Source of the DNA: Candidatus Marinacidobacterales bacterium
Lineage (GTDB): Bacteria; Acidobacteriota; Vicinamibacteria; Marinacidobacterales; DATDRI01
Length of the DNA stretch: 64,000 bases
Assembly (NCBI GenBank): GCA_965226495.1
Contig: OZ245365.1
Location: 4,320,001 to 4,384,000, forward strand
Direction of reading: 5' to 3'
Shown: in pieces, positions 17,900-27,646 of the stretch
Layout of the letters: every line of letters starts with the position of its first letter
Position numbering within the stretch: position 1 is the stretch's first letter
Program-made: the position numbers and the translations under genes
The notes under the pieces: model-generated
Told to the model about the DNA's origin: nothing
What the model saw: the letters and a program-made list of their open reading frames with translations, nothing else
The model's database searches: none

Positions 17900-19468
17900 T
17901 TACTTATATCTGACTCCCCCCTTTACGACCACAAATACGCGCTTCATCGCCCTCATGTCGAGGAGCGGATTTCCCGCCACCACGATCACGTCGGCCAGCT
18001 TTCCCACCTCGAGCGTACCTAGTTGATCGGTTAGTCCGAGAGCCTCTGCCCCGATGCGCGTCGAGGCTTCGATGACCTGCATGGGGCTCATACCCAGCTC
18101 GGCCATGTACTTCATCTCATTGGCGTTCGGATCCTCTTGTTGGAAGTTCAGGTAAGCGGGGGTGTCGGTTCCCATCGAGAACTTCGCTCCCGCGCGGAGG
18201 AAACGACGCATGTTCTCGCGCGAGGTGGCTCGCTTCTTCATCATCTCGTTGTAGGACGGTCCGCGAAGGCCAAACGCATCGTCGCCCGACTCATCGGACG
18301 GCCGAGCCCGACGCTCATAGGTGGGTAGGCCGGACTCATCCGGATGCCGCTTGTTGTACACGAGCTTGTCCCGGTAGCGCATCAGGATGCGGTACTCCTT
18401 GGGCTCCATCGACATGATGTAGGACGTCTCATCCCAGCGATGTGGGTCTTCGGCTCGATTCGCTCCCGCCACCATGACTTCGAGCAGCGTGTCGATGATG
18501 ACTCCGTTCTTGACGTAGGCATCGATGATGTCCTCTTCGATGAGCGCGCTTCCGTAAAAAGGATGCTCGAGGGTATCGATATCGAACGCGGTCATGCGTC
18601 TCAAGCCCTCGTTGTGCCCGCCGCAGTGGACGTCGATGATCTTCCCGTTCTTGTGTGCCTTGTCGATGATGAAGCGAAGCTGCTCGTCGGTGAAATCGTT
18701 TTTGCCGTCGTAGACCTCGCCGGACATATACAGCTTCCAGTAGTTGAACTCGGGGCCGAGAAGCTTGTCGGTGTCTTCCTCGAGATCGTCGATGACGGCG
18801 TAGGCAAACTCGCTGCGCATCCAATCGATGGCATCGGCCGGCGTCTTGGCGGCCTTGGTGTAATGTGCGAAGTGCTCTGGGCTCGTCAACAAAGCACCGC
18901 CGAGGAAGACTCGAGGCCCCGCCATCTCACCACGATCGATGGCTTGTTTGATGGGCAACAACCTCTTCCACGGTCCACTGGTTTGTCTTTGACTTGTGAT
19001 CCCTTGCATGAGGTAGACCCAGGCCCGAAACGGCATCCGTGCGAACGTTTCTTCCCATCTGGCCCTTATCTCGTCCATGGGCAGATCCGCGGTGGGGGCC
19101 GGATAAATGGGGTTGAGTTGGATGTGTTGATTCGAATTAATGAGTCCCGGCATGATGGTCATACCGGAGGCATCGATGATCTCGGCGCCTTCCGGGATCT
19201 GGACCTCTGTCATGGGACCCACCCACTTGATGTGCTCCCCTTCGATCACGACCGCATAGTCTTGTTTGGGAGGAGCCCCAGTAGCATCGATGAAGGTCCC
19301 GCCCTGAATGACAATGGGCCGTTCCGGACGAAACGGTGGCTCCTGCGGCCCGAAGAAGACGGGCGCCTGCTGGGCACTCAAAAAAATCGGCAGCAATAGA
19401 AAACTGGCCGCCAGCCAGACCAGGGGCAATAAAGCGACGATCGAAACAGAAGCTTTCTCCATCATCAT
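17900..19468 (-). CDS. Secreted amidohydrolase family protein (paralog of 55953..57464)
   Basis: PGLINSNQH, DVHCGGH, EHPF, MGTD, GTLEVGKLADVIVVAGNPL; exact start uncertain (19462-19477). Confidence 0.85.
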   Translation of the reverse strand: MMMEKASVSIVALLPLVWLAASFLLLPIFLSAQQAPVFFGPQEPPFRPERPIVIQGGTFIDATGAPPKQDYAVVIEGEHIKWVGPMTEVQIPEGAEIIDASGMTIMPGLINSNQHIQLNPIYPAPTADLPMDEIRARWEETFARMPFRAWVYLMQGITSQRQTSGPWKRLLPIKQAIDRGEMAGPRVFLGGALLTSPEHFAHYTKAAKTPADAIDWMRSEFAYAVIDDLEEDTDKLLGPEFNYWKLYMSGEVYDGKNDFTDEQLRFIIDKAHKNGKIIDVHCGGHNEGLRRMTAFDIDTLEHPFYGSALIEEDIIDAYVKNGVIIDTLLEVMVAGANRAEDPHRWDETSYIMSMEPKEYRILMRYRDKLVYNKRHPDESGLPTYERRARPSDESGDDAFGLRGPSYNEMMKKRATSRENMRRFLRAGAKFSMGTDTPAYLNFQQEDPNANEMKYMAELGMSPMQVIEASTRIGAEALGLTDQLGTLEVGKLADVIVVAGNPLLDMRAMKRVFVVVKGGVRYK

Positions 19469-19965
19469 CCTCCTCACGACATAGACAAACCGCCATGGAC
19501 TATCTCAAAATTGGGCGGCTTGAGCAAGATCCCTTTCCCATGGGTGTGAAGGACAACTGCGCGCAAGAGGCCTAAGAATCCGTGCGGTTGGATCCCCATC
19601 CAAACGCTTGGAGGTACTGTATACCATGGGTTGATCTTCAAAAGTTTGAAATATCTTAACTTACAACAACTTATGGCAGATCGCTCTTTCCAAACGCCGT
19701 GGCATCGATATTGCTCTGTCTTGTGCGAGTGGGTTGTAGCTGTCATCTATATCGGGACAGTCCAGCCTGCGTCGGCGCACTAGGGGCGTTGAGCTAGAGT
19801 CTGACAAGCCCTAAACTTTCTTGACTCCTAGGCCCGTTTTGGGTTACAAGGGCCCTTGGAGCCAGTGTACACCGTGTACCATTGGCCATATCTGAGCAAA
19901 CGCAACGTGTTTGGAAGGGTATGAGCTTTAAATTAGCATTGCTCCCTACTTCAAGGAGGAAGAGC

Positions 19966-22911
19966 ATGAAATCTTGGTGGCCCTCTTCTATAGTATTAGC
20001 TTTATTCTTGGCATTCTTGGCGGCTCCCGCGGGGGCTCAGGTCGGTATGACCGAGATGACCGGAACCGTCTCCGATGGCACCGGCGCTGTCTTGCCCGGC
20101 GTGACAATTACCGCATCGGACTCAACTCGCGGTATTCAACGCACTGCGGTCAGCGGTGGCGACGGCAGGTATGCCTTCACGCAGATGCCGGTCGGGACCT
20201 ACGCGTTCACGTTCGAGCTGGGTGGTTTCGACAGCGCCCAACTGGAAGGCGTAGAACTCAACGTCGGTCAGAGACCGACCATCGACGTCACGATGCTGGT
20301 GGCCGGCGTCGCAGAGTCCATCACTGTGCGAGCCGAAACGCCGGTGATCGAGACGACTCGGTCCGAGCTGTCTCACACGGTTCAGGACGTCCAGGTCGAG
20401 GAGCTTCCCGTCCTCGGGCGAGACTGGTTGGGGTTCGCACTACTCGCACCGGGTGTCAAGTCGGATGGCGCCGAGGGGAGCCAGGACTCGGCACCGGTGG
20501 CTGGCATTGGAATCGGTCGCCAGGATAAGGTCCTCATCGACGGGGCGGACGTCAACAACCGCTCGACGTCGACGGGTATCGACATCAAGATCTCCAAGGA
20601 GACCATCGCCGAGTTCGAGGTCAAGACCAACCAATTCGACGCGCAGCTCGGTCAGAGCGGCACCTCGGTGACCCAGGCGGTGACCAAATCGGGAACCGAC
20701 GCCTTTCACGGAAGCGGCTTCTACTACCGTCGTGATGGCTCCTGGAACTCTCCCGACTTCTTTTCCGGCGAGAAGGACGAGGCGTTCAAGCAGGATCAAA
20801 TCGGCGGCGTCATTGGTGGCCCCGTGGTTCCAAGCAAAGCGTTCTTCTTCGTCAGCTACGAGTGGCAGAATTCGCCGCGCACATGCTCATCGAACAGTGG
20901 GATCGTCGCCATCGACAACCAGCAGGTAGGCTGCGGTGATGAACGGAATCTATGGTTCCTCCGGGGTGATGTTCAGATCACCTCGAACCACCGCGCTGCG
21001 ATTCGCTACAACAAGGCCACGCGACTACGGCCGCATGGCACGGTCGGCGGCGGCACGGTGCCGGGCCACTCGATCGACTTCGATTTCGACTTCGACCGCT
21101 ACAACTTCTCCTTGGACTCGGTTATCGGCGGAAACAAGGTCAACCGGTTGATGTACAACAACCTGAACACCGACCGCTTTTTCTCCAAGCGCGGCGATAC
21201 CCTCCCAGAGTCTCGGGTTCAGGGAGGGATCACGACGGCAGGTCCGACTCAAATTTTCCCGGGCGCTCGGCTCGGAGGCGCTATCGGCTCTGGCTTCGAG
21301 AACCCCGACTACTGGTCCATCCGGGACGACTTCTCCACGTTTTTCTCGAAGGGTGGAGACCACAACCTGAAGTTCGGCGGCTACCTCGAAAGGGCCACGC
21401 TCACGGGCTTCTTCCTCCAGTTTCAAAACGGCGCCTTCACCTACGATCAGGATCCTGCGAACCTTCAGACCTGCTGCACCTCGGAGATCCAGGCCGACTG
21501 GGACACTTCCCAGTTTCCGGAAGCCACCCGCTTCCAGCAGAAATTAGGTGACCCGGACATCGATACCAGCCAGAATTTCTACTCCCTGTATGTCCAGGAC
21601 GACTGGTCGATCAATGAAAAGCTCACCCTCAATCTCGGACTGCGCTACGACCTGGAGAAAGGCTCGCTGTTCAACGACCAACCAGACGCGATTCTCCAAC
21701 CCGAGTTCAGCGACGACACGGATAACTTCCAGCCCCGAATCGGCTTTGCTTATGACCTCAAAGGCGACGCAAAGACCATCATCCGTGGCGGGCTTGGGAG
21801 ATTCAGCTCCCAGGCGTTTCTGAACATCGCGCTCCTGGTGCAACAATCGAATCGCCGGGAGGAGCTCGAGGTGTCGGTCACCAACGACGGGTCGAATCCC
21901 AACTTCAACACCGATCCGCTGCAGGGTCGCACGTTCGAGGACTTCCAGGCCGCCATCGGAGAGATCCCCATCGATATCGCGATTTTCGAACCTGGCACAG
22001 AGATTCCGGATCTGTGGTCTTACACTATCGGAGTCGCGCATGAGCTAGCAGCTTCTATGGCTGTCGAGATCGACTACACCCATCAGAGGACCAACAATCA
22101 GTTCCTGACTCGGGAAACCAATGTCTTCTTCGACGAGGCTAACAACCGGCCGTTTCCGGTGGTGAGCGGAAACTTTCCCGAGCTCGGTGGAGAAGTTGTG
22201 GGCATGGGTCGACCGGATCCGGCCTTCAACTCCATCCGCGAGTTCCGGAACGAGGCCATCGCCCGCTACAACGGTCTCTCCGTCGCCTTCACCAAGCGGT
22301 TCACCAACAACTGGTCCGCGGGTGCGACTTACCTGCTCTCCGGGAACGAAGACAACGCATCCCAGTTCGACCGGCATCCGAGCAATCCGTTCGACATCGC
22401 GGACGAGTACGGCACTTCCCTGCACGACCAGCGCCATCGCTTCACCGCAAACTGGGTCTGGCAGTTGCCCTATGAATTCGTCTTCAGCGGGATCGTCTAT
22501 AGCGCCTCCGGACTAGCCCAGCGTGCTATCTTGAGCGGTGCGGATCTCTACGGTGTGGCTCCGCAATCGCGCGGGCTCATCCCCAGGCCGACCTGCGGTC
22601 TCGAGCCGAGGATCGCCTCCGCTTGCTCCCAACTCGGAATTGCCGACGGCACGCGCATACCGCGGAACTCCATCCGGTCGGACAGCGTCTTCCGAGTGGA
22701 CCTGCGCGTCGCCTGGCGACTTCGCGTCAGTGACGGCGCCGTCTCCATCGAGCCGAGTCTCGAGGTCTTCAACTTGTTCAATCGTGAAAACTACGATCCG
22801 CGGGCCTATGGCACGAACCTGGGAAGCGGCGCCTTCGGTCAGCCGGGCCGATCGTCGAACCTGCCTTACCTGCCTCGCAACATTCAGCTGGGCGCTATCG
22901 TGCGGTTCTAG
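19966..22911 (+). CDS. TonB-dependent receptor, Oar-like, with carboxypeptidase regulatory-like N-domain
   Basis: RBS AGGAGGA; signal peptide; GTVSDGTGAVLPGVTIT; YVQDDW...LNLGLRYD; FQPRIGFAYD; terminal Phe. Confidence 0.93.
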   Translation: MKSWWPSSIVLALFLAFLAAPAGAQVGMTEMTGTVSDGTGAVLPGVTITASDSTRGIQRTAVSGGDGRYAFTQMPVGTYAFTFELGGFDSAQLEGVELNVGQRPTIDVTMLVAGVAESITVRAETPVIETTRSELSHTVQDVQVEELPVLGRDWLGFALLAPGVKSDGAEGSQDSAPVAGIGIGRQDKVLIDGADVNNRSTSTGIDIKISKETIAEFEVKTNQFDAQLGQSGTSVTQAVTKSGTDAFHGSGFYYRRDGSWNSPDFFSGEKDEAFKQDQIGGVIGGPVVPSKAFFFVSYEWQNSPRTCSSNSGIVAIDNQQVGCGDERNLWFLRGDVQITSNHRAAIRYNKATRLRPHGTVGGGTVPGHSIDFDFDFDRYNFSLDSVIGGNKVNRLMYNNLNTDRFFSKRGDTLPESRVQGGITTAGPTQIFPGARLGGAIGSGFENPDYWSIRDDFSTFFSKGGDHNLKFGGYLERATLTGFFLQFQNGAFTYDQDPANLQTCCTSEIQADWDTSQFPEATRFQQKLGDPDIDTSQNFYSLYVQDDWSINEKLTLNLGLRYDLEKGSLFNDQPDAILQPEFSDDTDNFQPRIGFAYDLKGDAKTIIRGGLGRFSSQAFLNIALLVQQSNRREELEVSVTNDGSNPNFNTDPLQGRTFEDFQAAIGEIPIDIAIFEPGTEIPDLWSYTIGVAHELAASMAVEIDYTHQRTNNQFLTRETNVFFDEANNRPFPVVSGNFPELGGEVVGMGRPDPAFNSIREFRNEAIARYNGLSVAFTKRFTNNWSAGATYLLSGNEDNASQFDRHPSNPFDIADEYGTSLHDQRHRFTANWVWQLPYEFVFSGIVYSASGLAQRAILSGADLYGVAPQSRGLIPRPTCGLEPRIASACSQLGIADGTRIPRNSIRSDSVFRVDLRVAWRLRVSDGAVSIEPSLEVFNLFNRENYDPRAYGTNLGSGAFGQPGRSSNLPYLPRNIQLGAIVRF

Positions 22912-22937
22912 TTAGTTACGAATAGCCCGAGTATTGT

Positions 22938-22973
22938 GAGCCCCGGCCATCGCGGCCGGGGCTCTTTTTTTTT
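22938..22973 (+). terminator. Rho-independent terminator
   Basis: gagccccggcc-atcgc-ggccggggctc followed by T9. Confidence 0.9.
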
Positions 22974-22982
22974 GGAGTGGAG

Positions 22983-23729
22983 CTACTGTTTGCGAACGAT
23001 AGCTTTGCTGAGCAGCGCATCGGGGTACGCGATTCTGCTGTGTGTGAGTCCGGCATCTATAAGTGCCGCCAGCATATTAATAGTAACGGCAACCGGATCA
23101 ATAACTGGCACGGACAGCTTCATGGCTGCCAGCTTCTCTTGTAGATCTTCGGCAAGAAAAGCAAAACCCGTGCAGCAAATTACTAAGGTGTCGGCATGTG
23201 CTTCAACAATCGCTTTTCTGGCTGCCTCAGCCAGCAATGCCGCCGTTCGCGCGAGATCTGTACTTATTTCCATGACCGGGATGCCAACCACCTGACATGA
23301 CGCCAGACGGGAACTCAGCCCCGCCCTATGTGCTTGTTCCCGGAAATACCGCGCAGAAAACTCACTAGTGACCAGGAGGCTGAATCGACGTCCTAGCAAG
23401 GCCGCAACGTGCATCGATGTTTGGCCGGGTCCGAGTACCGGGATGGACACACTTTCGCGCATCTCTTGTACGCCAGGATCCGCCATGCAATCAACCATTA
23501 TCCCGTCAACATCTTCCTTTTCAGCTTTAACCGCATTCTTGATCAGATTCGGCACCGACAGGCTGAGTGCAGTGAGTGATTCCGTTGTTCCCAACTCTGG
23601 TCCGCTGTCGGGGAAACCTACACTGATGGTCAGATCTTCCCGCGCATAGCGCTGGTTTTTCTGCTGTAACACATTCTCTGACCGATCTTTTGTCGGAACA
23701 AACGCTTTAACTAGTCTGATGTGTTTCAT
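22983..23729 (-). CDS. Asp/Glu/hydantoin racemase family protein
   Basis: DGIMVDCMADPG and LVICCTGF two-cysteine motifs; VPVIDPV. Confidence 0.88.
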   Translation of the reverse strand: MKHIRLVKAFVPTKDRSENVLQQKNQRYAREDLTISVGFPDSGPELGTTESLTALSLSVPNLIKNAVKAEKEDVDGIMVDCMADPGVQEMRESVSIPVLGPGQTSMHVAALLGRRFSLLVTSEFSARYFREQAHRAGLSSRLASCQVVGIPVMEISTDLARTAALLAEAARKAIVEAHADTLVICCTGFAFLAEDLQEKLAAMKLSVPVIDPVAVTINMLAALIDAGLTHSRIAYPDALLSKAIVRKQ

Positions 23730-23749
23730 TCGACTTCTCCTAAGTGCAA

Positions 23750-25483
23750 CTATCCGACAATCGTCTGTCGGCGTTTTGCTGTGGCTTCCATGTCAACCTG
23801 GAGATCATCTCCCTTGAGGATAACCGCATAGACTTCCTCCGCAGCTTCTCGGCTGACGTATCCGTCACATACATCCTTACGTACGAGATCCGGGTCCCGC
23901 TCGAGGGGATTACCATATCCGCCTCCGCCCCCGGTTCGTGCAACAATCCGCGATCCCTTTTTCAGTAAGATGCCACTGGTTTTCAGCACCTCATAGGGTG
24001 GCTCGTCCCCTGGCGGATGAATGGTGACTTGCGGTATCGATCCAGTATGTCCACCAAACAATCCCCACTGCGGCGTCTTCGTCCGCTCGAAATGGGCCTG
24101 AAAGGTAACGTCTATTAACGCTTCATACTCCTTGATAGTGTTCAAGCCGCCTCGCCACTTGCCAGCACCACCTGTATCTACTCCCATCTGGAGGCGTCTA
24201 ACCAGTATCGGACTACGACTTTCCTGGGTTTCAACAGGGCTGTTGCGAAAATCTCCCGCGACAGAATGTGTAATTGCGCTCACCCCGTCCACACCCGAAC
24301 TGGCACCCCAACCACCGTTCATCGACTCACCACCCATCCAGAATTCTCCCGTATCCGGGTCTCTGCCATAGACCTCAAGATTCCAGGAATCCCCCGGCAA
24401 CCCCGCCACTACTCGATCCGGAATCGCCGGAGCGAGGGCCTTAAAAATCAAATCAAGCAGCATCATAACTGGTATGGGTCGCATGCCTCCGACGGGCTCC
24501 TGTGCCCAGAAAATGGATGCCCGTTCAGCGATCAGATGAACAGGAATGAAACTCCCATGATTTACTTCAGGAACGGGACTTGGATAAAGAAAGGCAAGCG
24601 CCAGTTTTGCCATTGCCTTCGTCGATGGAAGACCGGTGTTGATGTTGCCGGCGTGTTGTTTGTCCGAGCCCCTGGTGTCAACCGTTATTTCATCACCGGC
24701 TATTGTTACCTTTACCCTTACAAGCACGGGAACATCGGTAACCCCATCGTTGTCTATATAGCCTTCTTCTTCATATACACCATCCGGAATACTTGATATG
24801 AATTCCCGGTAGTTGGCCTCGGTTACATCAAATATATCCTGCGTGGCCTGCCTGATGACATCCAGCCCAAAGCGATCAATCAGGTGCAGATACCTTCTCT
24901 CGCCCATTCTCGCAGCGGCAACCATCGCGTTCATATCGCCCATGAGGGTCTTGGGTAATCTGGAGTTCAGAACTAGTAAATCAACGACATCCGAAATGAA
25001 TTCGCCTCCTTGCATGATCCTGATGGGTGGTATGCGGATACCTTCCTGGTAGATTTCGGTCGTCCCCGCCGGATGTCCGGGAGTCGCCGCACCAACGTCG
25101 CTCCAATGGGCTCTTATGGCACCGAAACCGACAGGCCCCCCTTCATAGGCGTACACGCTGACGATATCCACGTCATTTAGGTGAGCCCCGACGGTATACG
25201 TATCATTGACAACAAAAACATCTCCTTCTTTCATGTTGTCCAGGCCATATTTGCCAACGACGGCCTCTACCGCCGCCTCCAGCCCCCCGGTGAAGTAGGG
25301 AGTACCTGGTGCTTGTGCCAGCAATTGCACCTTTTCGTTGTAGATGGAGATACCGTAATCGTGGCTTTCGTAAATGACTGGAGAATATGAACTACGATTC
25401 AACACCGCACTCACGTCATCCGCGATCGCATAAAACGCGTTCCGGATAACTTCTGTCGTAATGGGATCTATTGTCGAGTTCAT
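23750..25483 (-). CDS. Hydantoinase B/oxoprolinase family protein
   Basis: DPITTEVIRN, HLND, AHWSDVG, EIYQEG, GAGKWRGG, TGGGGGYGNPLERDP. Confidence 0.95.
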   Translation of the reverse strand: MNSTIDPITTEVIRNAFYAIADDVSAVLNRSSYSPVIYESHDYGISIYNEKVQLLAQAPGTPYFTGGLEAAVEAVVGKYGLDNMKEGDVFVVNDTYTVGAHLNDVDIVSVYAYEGGPVGFGAIRAHWSDVGAATPGHPAGTTEIYQEGIRIPPIRIMQGGEFISDVVDLLVLNSRLPKTLMGDMNAMVAAARMGERRYLHLIDRFGLDVIRQATQDIFDVTEANYREFISSIPDGVYEEEGYIDNDGVTDVPVLVRVKVTIAGDEITVDTRGSDKQHAGNINTGLPSTKAMAKLALAFLYPSPVPEVNHGSFIPVHLIAERASIFWAQEPVGGMRPIPVMMLLDLIFKALAPAIPDRVVAGLPGDSWNLEVYGRDPDTGEFWMGGESMNGGWGASSGVDGVSAITHSVAGDFRNSPVETQESRSPILVRRLQMGVDTGGAGKWRGGLNTIKEYEALIDVTFQAHFERTKTPQWGLFGGHTGSIPQVTIHPPGDEPPYEVLKTSGILLKKGSRIVARTGGGGGYGNPLERDPDLVRKDVCDGYVSREAAEEVYAVILKGDDLQVDMEATAKRRQTIVG

Positions 25484-27537
25484 CGTTTTGTCCCGCGTTT
25501 TTGTATTACGAGATTTCCCACCGAATCTAATTCCACCCTGTACTCAGGCGGCACAACCGTGGTACAGGACAACTCATTGATAACCAGGGGCCCTTCCAGG
25601 GCTTCTCCCTCTTTCAGAGTCGATCGATCAAGAAAGCGCGTACTCAGCCGTTTCCCGGAAAAAACCACGAGCCTGGTTTTTTCTGCCGCGGCATCAGCCT
25701 CAGATATCAACGTCCTCGGCTGGCCGCCATCACTCGATGAATTCAGGCCACGCGCTTCAACTCTGATATTTGCCAACTCACCCTGTTCCTCCGGATTGGA
25801 ATGACCGTATTTTTGCATGTACAGGTCATCAAACAGTTTTTTGAATCCTGTCGCCTGTGATGCATGTAAAGGCGCGTCTGCAGGTATCGGTAGGCTTACA
25901 AAGTACTCCTGACTGATATAGCGTATATCCAAATACCTTAGAAAACGCATTCTCTCAGTGGGAACTCCTTCGCCTTGCATCAACTCCGTCAGTTCTGCCT
26001 CGATGCGGGAGAAGCCATCTTGCACTTCGTTCCAGTCCAGACTGTTCAAACGTGTACTGAATGATTTTGACAGGTCGTGACGTATATCTGCATTCAGCAT
26101 ACCCCACGCCGAAAACTCGCCTGCCACATTGGGAACAATCAACTTGTGAATTTCAAGTTCTTCGGCAATCAGCGCTGCATGCATTGGACCAGCACCGCCA
26201 AACGCTATCAACGAGAGTTCTCTCGGATCGATGCCCTTGCTGATGGTCATCGTGCGAATGGCATTCGCCATTTTCGAATTAATGACGTCAAGGATGCCCT
26301 CCGCCATCTTGTCGACCGTCAAGCTAAACTCTCTTCCCAATTCACTCACCACCGAATGGGAGGCCTCCGCATCCAGTTGCATGCGGCCACCCAGAAAGGC
26401 ATCCGGATCAATGCGACCGAGGACAACATTTGCGTCAGTTACGGTAGGTTCGGTCCCACCTCTTGAATAGCAGGCAGGTCCTGGTTGGGCGCCTGCACTC
26501 CGGGGGCCAACACGAAGTGCTCCACCCTCGCTCCATGCAATACTACCACCTCCTGCACCGATGGAATGGATGTCTACCATGGGCGCCAGAATTGGAAAAC
26601 CCTCAAAACTTGTCTCTGAGACAATTGATTCCTTGCCCTCTATGACCAGGCTCACGTCAAAACTCGTCCCTCCCATATCGATGCATATCAAATTGGGTTC
26701 TCCAAGCTGCTTGCTTAGTACACTCGATCCTACGCTTGCGCCTACCGGACCAGACATCAAGGTCAGCAGACCTCTCGATTCGCTCTCGTTCGAGTCCATC
26801 AGCCCGCCGTTTGACTGCATGATGAAGACTTTCTTGTCGAATCCCTTTTCTTCCAGCGCGCCAACCAGTTGCACCAGGTATTTTCTTAATATCGGTGATA
26901 CATAGGCATTGATGACAGTGGTACTTGTTCGTTCATATTCCCGCCACTCCCGGCAAACCTCGTAGGACGGCGTGACAAAAATATCCGGTGCGACACGGCG
27001 AAAAAAGTCTGCCGCTGCCTTTTCGTGAGCGGGATTAACATAGCTGTGGAGGAAGCAGATTGCGACGGATTCAATCCCGGCGTCACGTAATCGAGGCACG
27101 ATGGCCGTCAGATCATCTTCATTCAGTGGAGTAACGACATCGCCCTTTGCATTCAGTCGTTCCTCCACCTCGAACGTAAGCGCACGGGGCACAAGAGGTT
27201 CTGGATGGCAATAGTGCAGATCGTACATCCGGACGCGGTTACTTCTACGGATAACATAGACGTCACCAAAACCCTTGGTTGTGACAAGCGCGGTTCGTGC
27301 ACCTTTTCTTTCAAGAAATGCGTTGAGTGGGGCGGTAGTACCGTTGATAAGGAGTTCAATCCGGCTGTAATCGTCGATAATTTCGTCAAGCGCAATCATA
27401 ACACCGGCAGAATAGTCGTCAGACACAGACGGTGTCTTGGCGAGCAACATACTGTGTTGTTCATCATCGAATACCACCAGATCTGTGAACGTACCGCCTA
27501 TATCTATCCCGACTTTGAGGGAGCTTTGTTTTCTCAT
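25480..27537 (-). CDS. Hydantoinase A/oxoprolinase family protein
   Basis: GIDIGGTFTD, REYERTSTT, SGP, DMGGTSFD, IGAGGGS, FGGAGPMH. Confidence 0.95.
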   Translation of the reverse strand: MRKQSSLKVGIDIGGTFTDLVVFDDEQHSMLLAKTPSVSDDYSAGVMIALDEIIDDYSRIELLINGTTAPLNAFLERKGARTALVTTKGFGDVYVIRRSNRVRMYDLHYCHPEPLVPRALTFEVEERLNAKGDVVTPLNEDDLTAIVPRLRDAGIESVAICFLHSYVNPAHEKAAADFFRRVAPDIFVTPSYEVCREWREYERTSTTVINAYVSPILRKYLVQLVGALEEKGFDKKVFIMQSNGGLMDSNESESRGLLTLMSGPVGASVGSSVLSKQLGEPNLICIDMGGTSFDVSLVIEGKESIVSETSFEGFPILAPMVDIHSIGAGGGSIAWSEGGALRVGPRSAGAQPGPACYSRGGTEPTVTDANVVLGRIDPDAFLGGRMQLDAEASHSVVSELGREFSLTVDKMAEGILDVINSKMANAIRTMTISKGIDPRELSLIAFGGAGPMHAALIAEELEIHKLIVPNVAGEFSAWGMLNADIRHDLSKSFSTRLNSLDWNEVQDGFSRIEAELTELMQGEGVPTERMRFLRYLDIRYISQEYFVSLPIPADAPLHASQATGFKKLFDDLYMQKYGHSNPEEQGELANIRVEARGLNSSSDGGQPRTLISEADAAAEKTRLVVFSGKRLSTRFLDRSTLKEGEALEGPLVINELSCTTVVPPEYRVELDSVGNLVIQKRGTKR

Positions 27538-27646
27538 GGCTACAATATTCTCCTAGTTGTTCAGAATTACGTTGCCTGGTCCTTGGGTACAACCTACCGG
27601 CTCTCCAAGACCGAAGACACGCAAGCCATTTCGGCCGGCACTCGAG

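Noticed and set aside
19480-19960. Riboswitch or ncRNA upstream of the TonB-dependent receptor
   Set aside because: No recognisable cobalamin, TPP or other aptamer consensus; only AT-rich promoter-like sequence and a short gtgtac repeat
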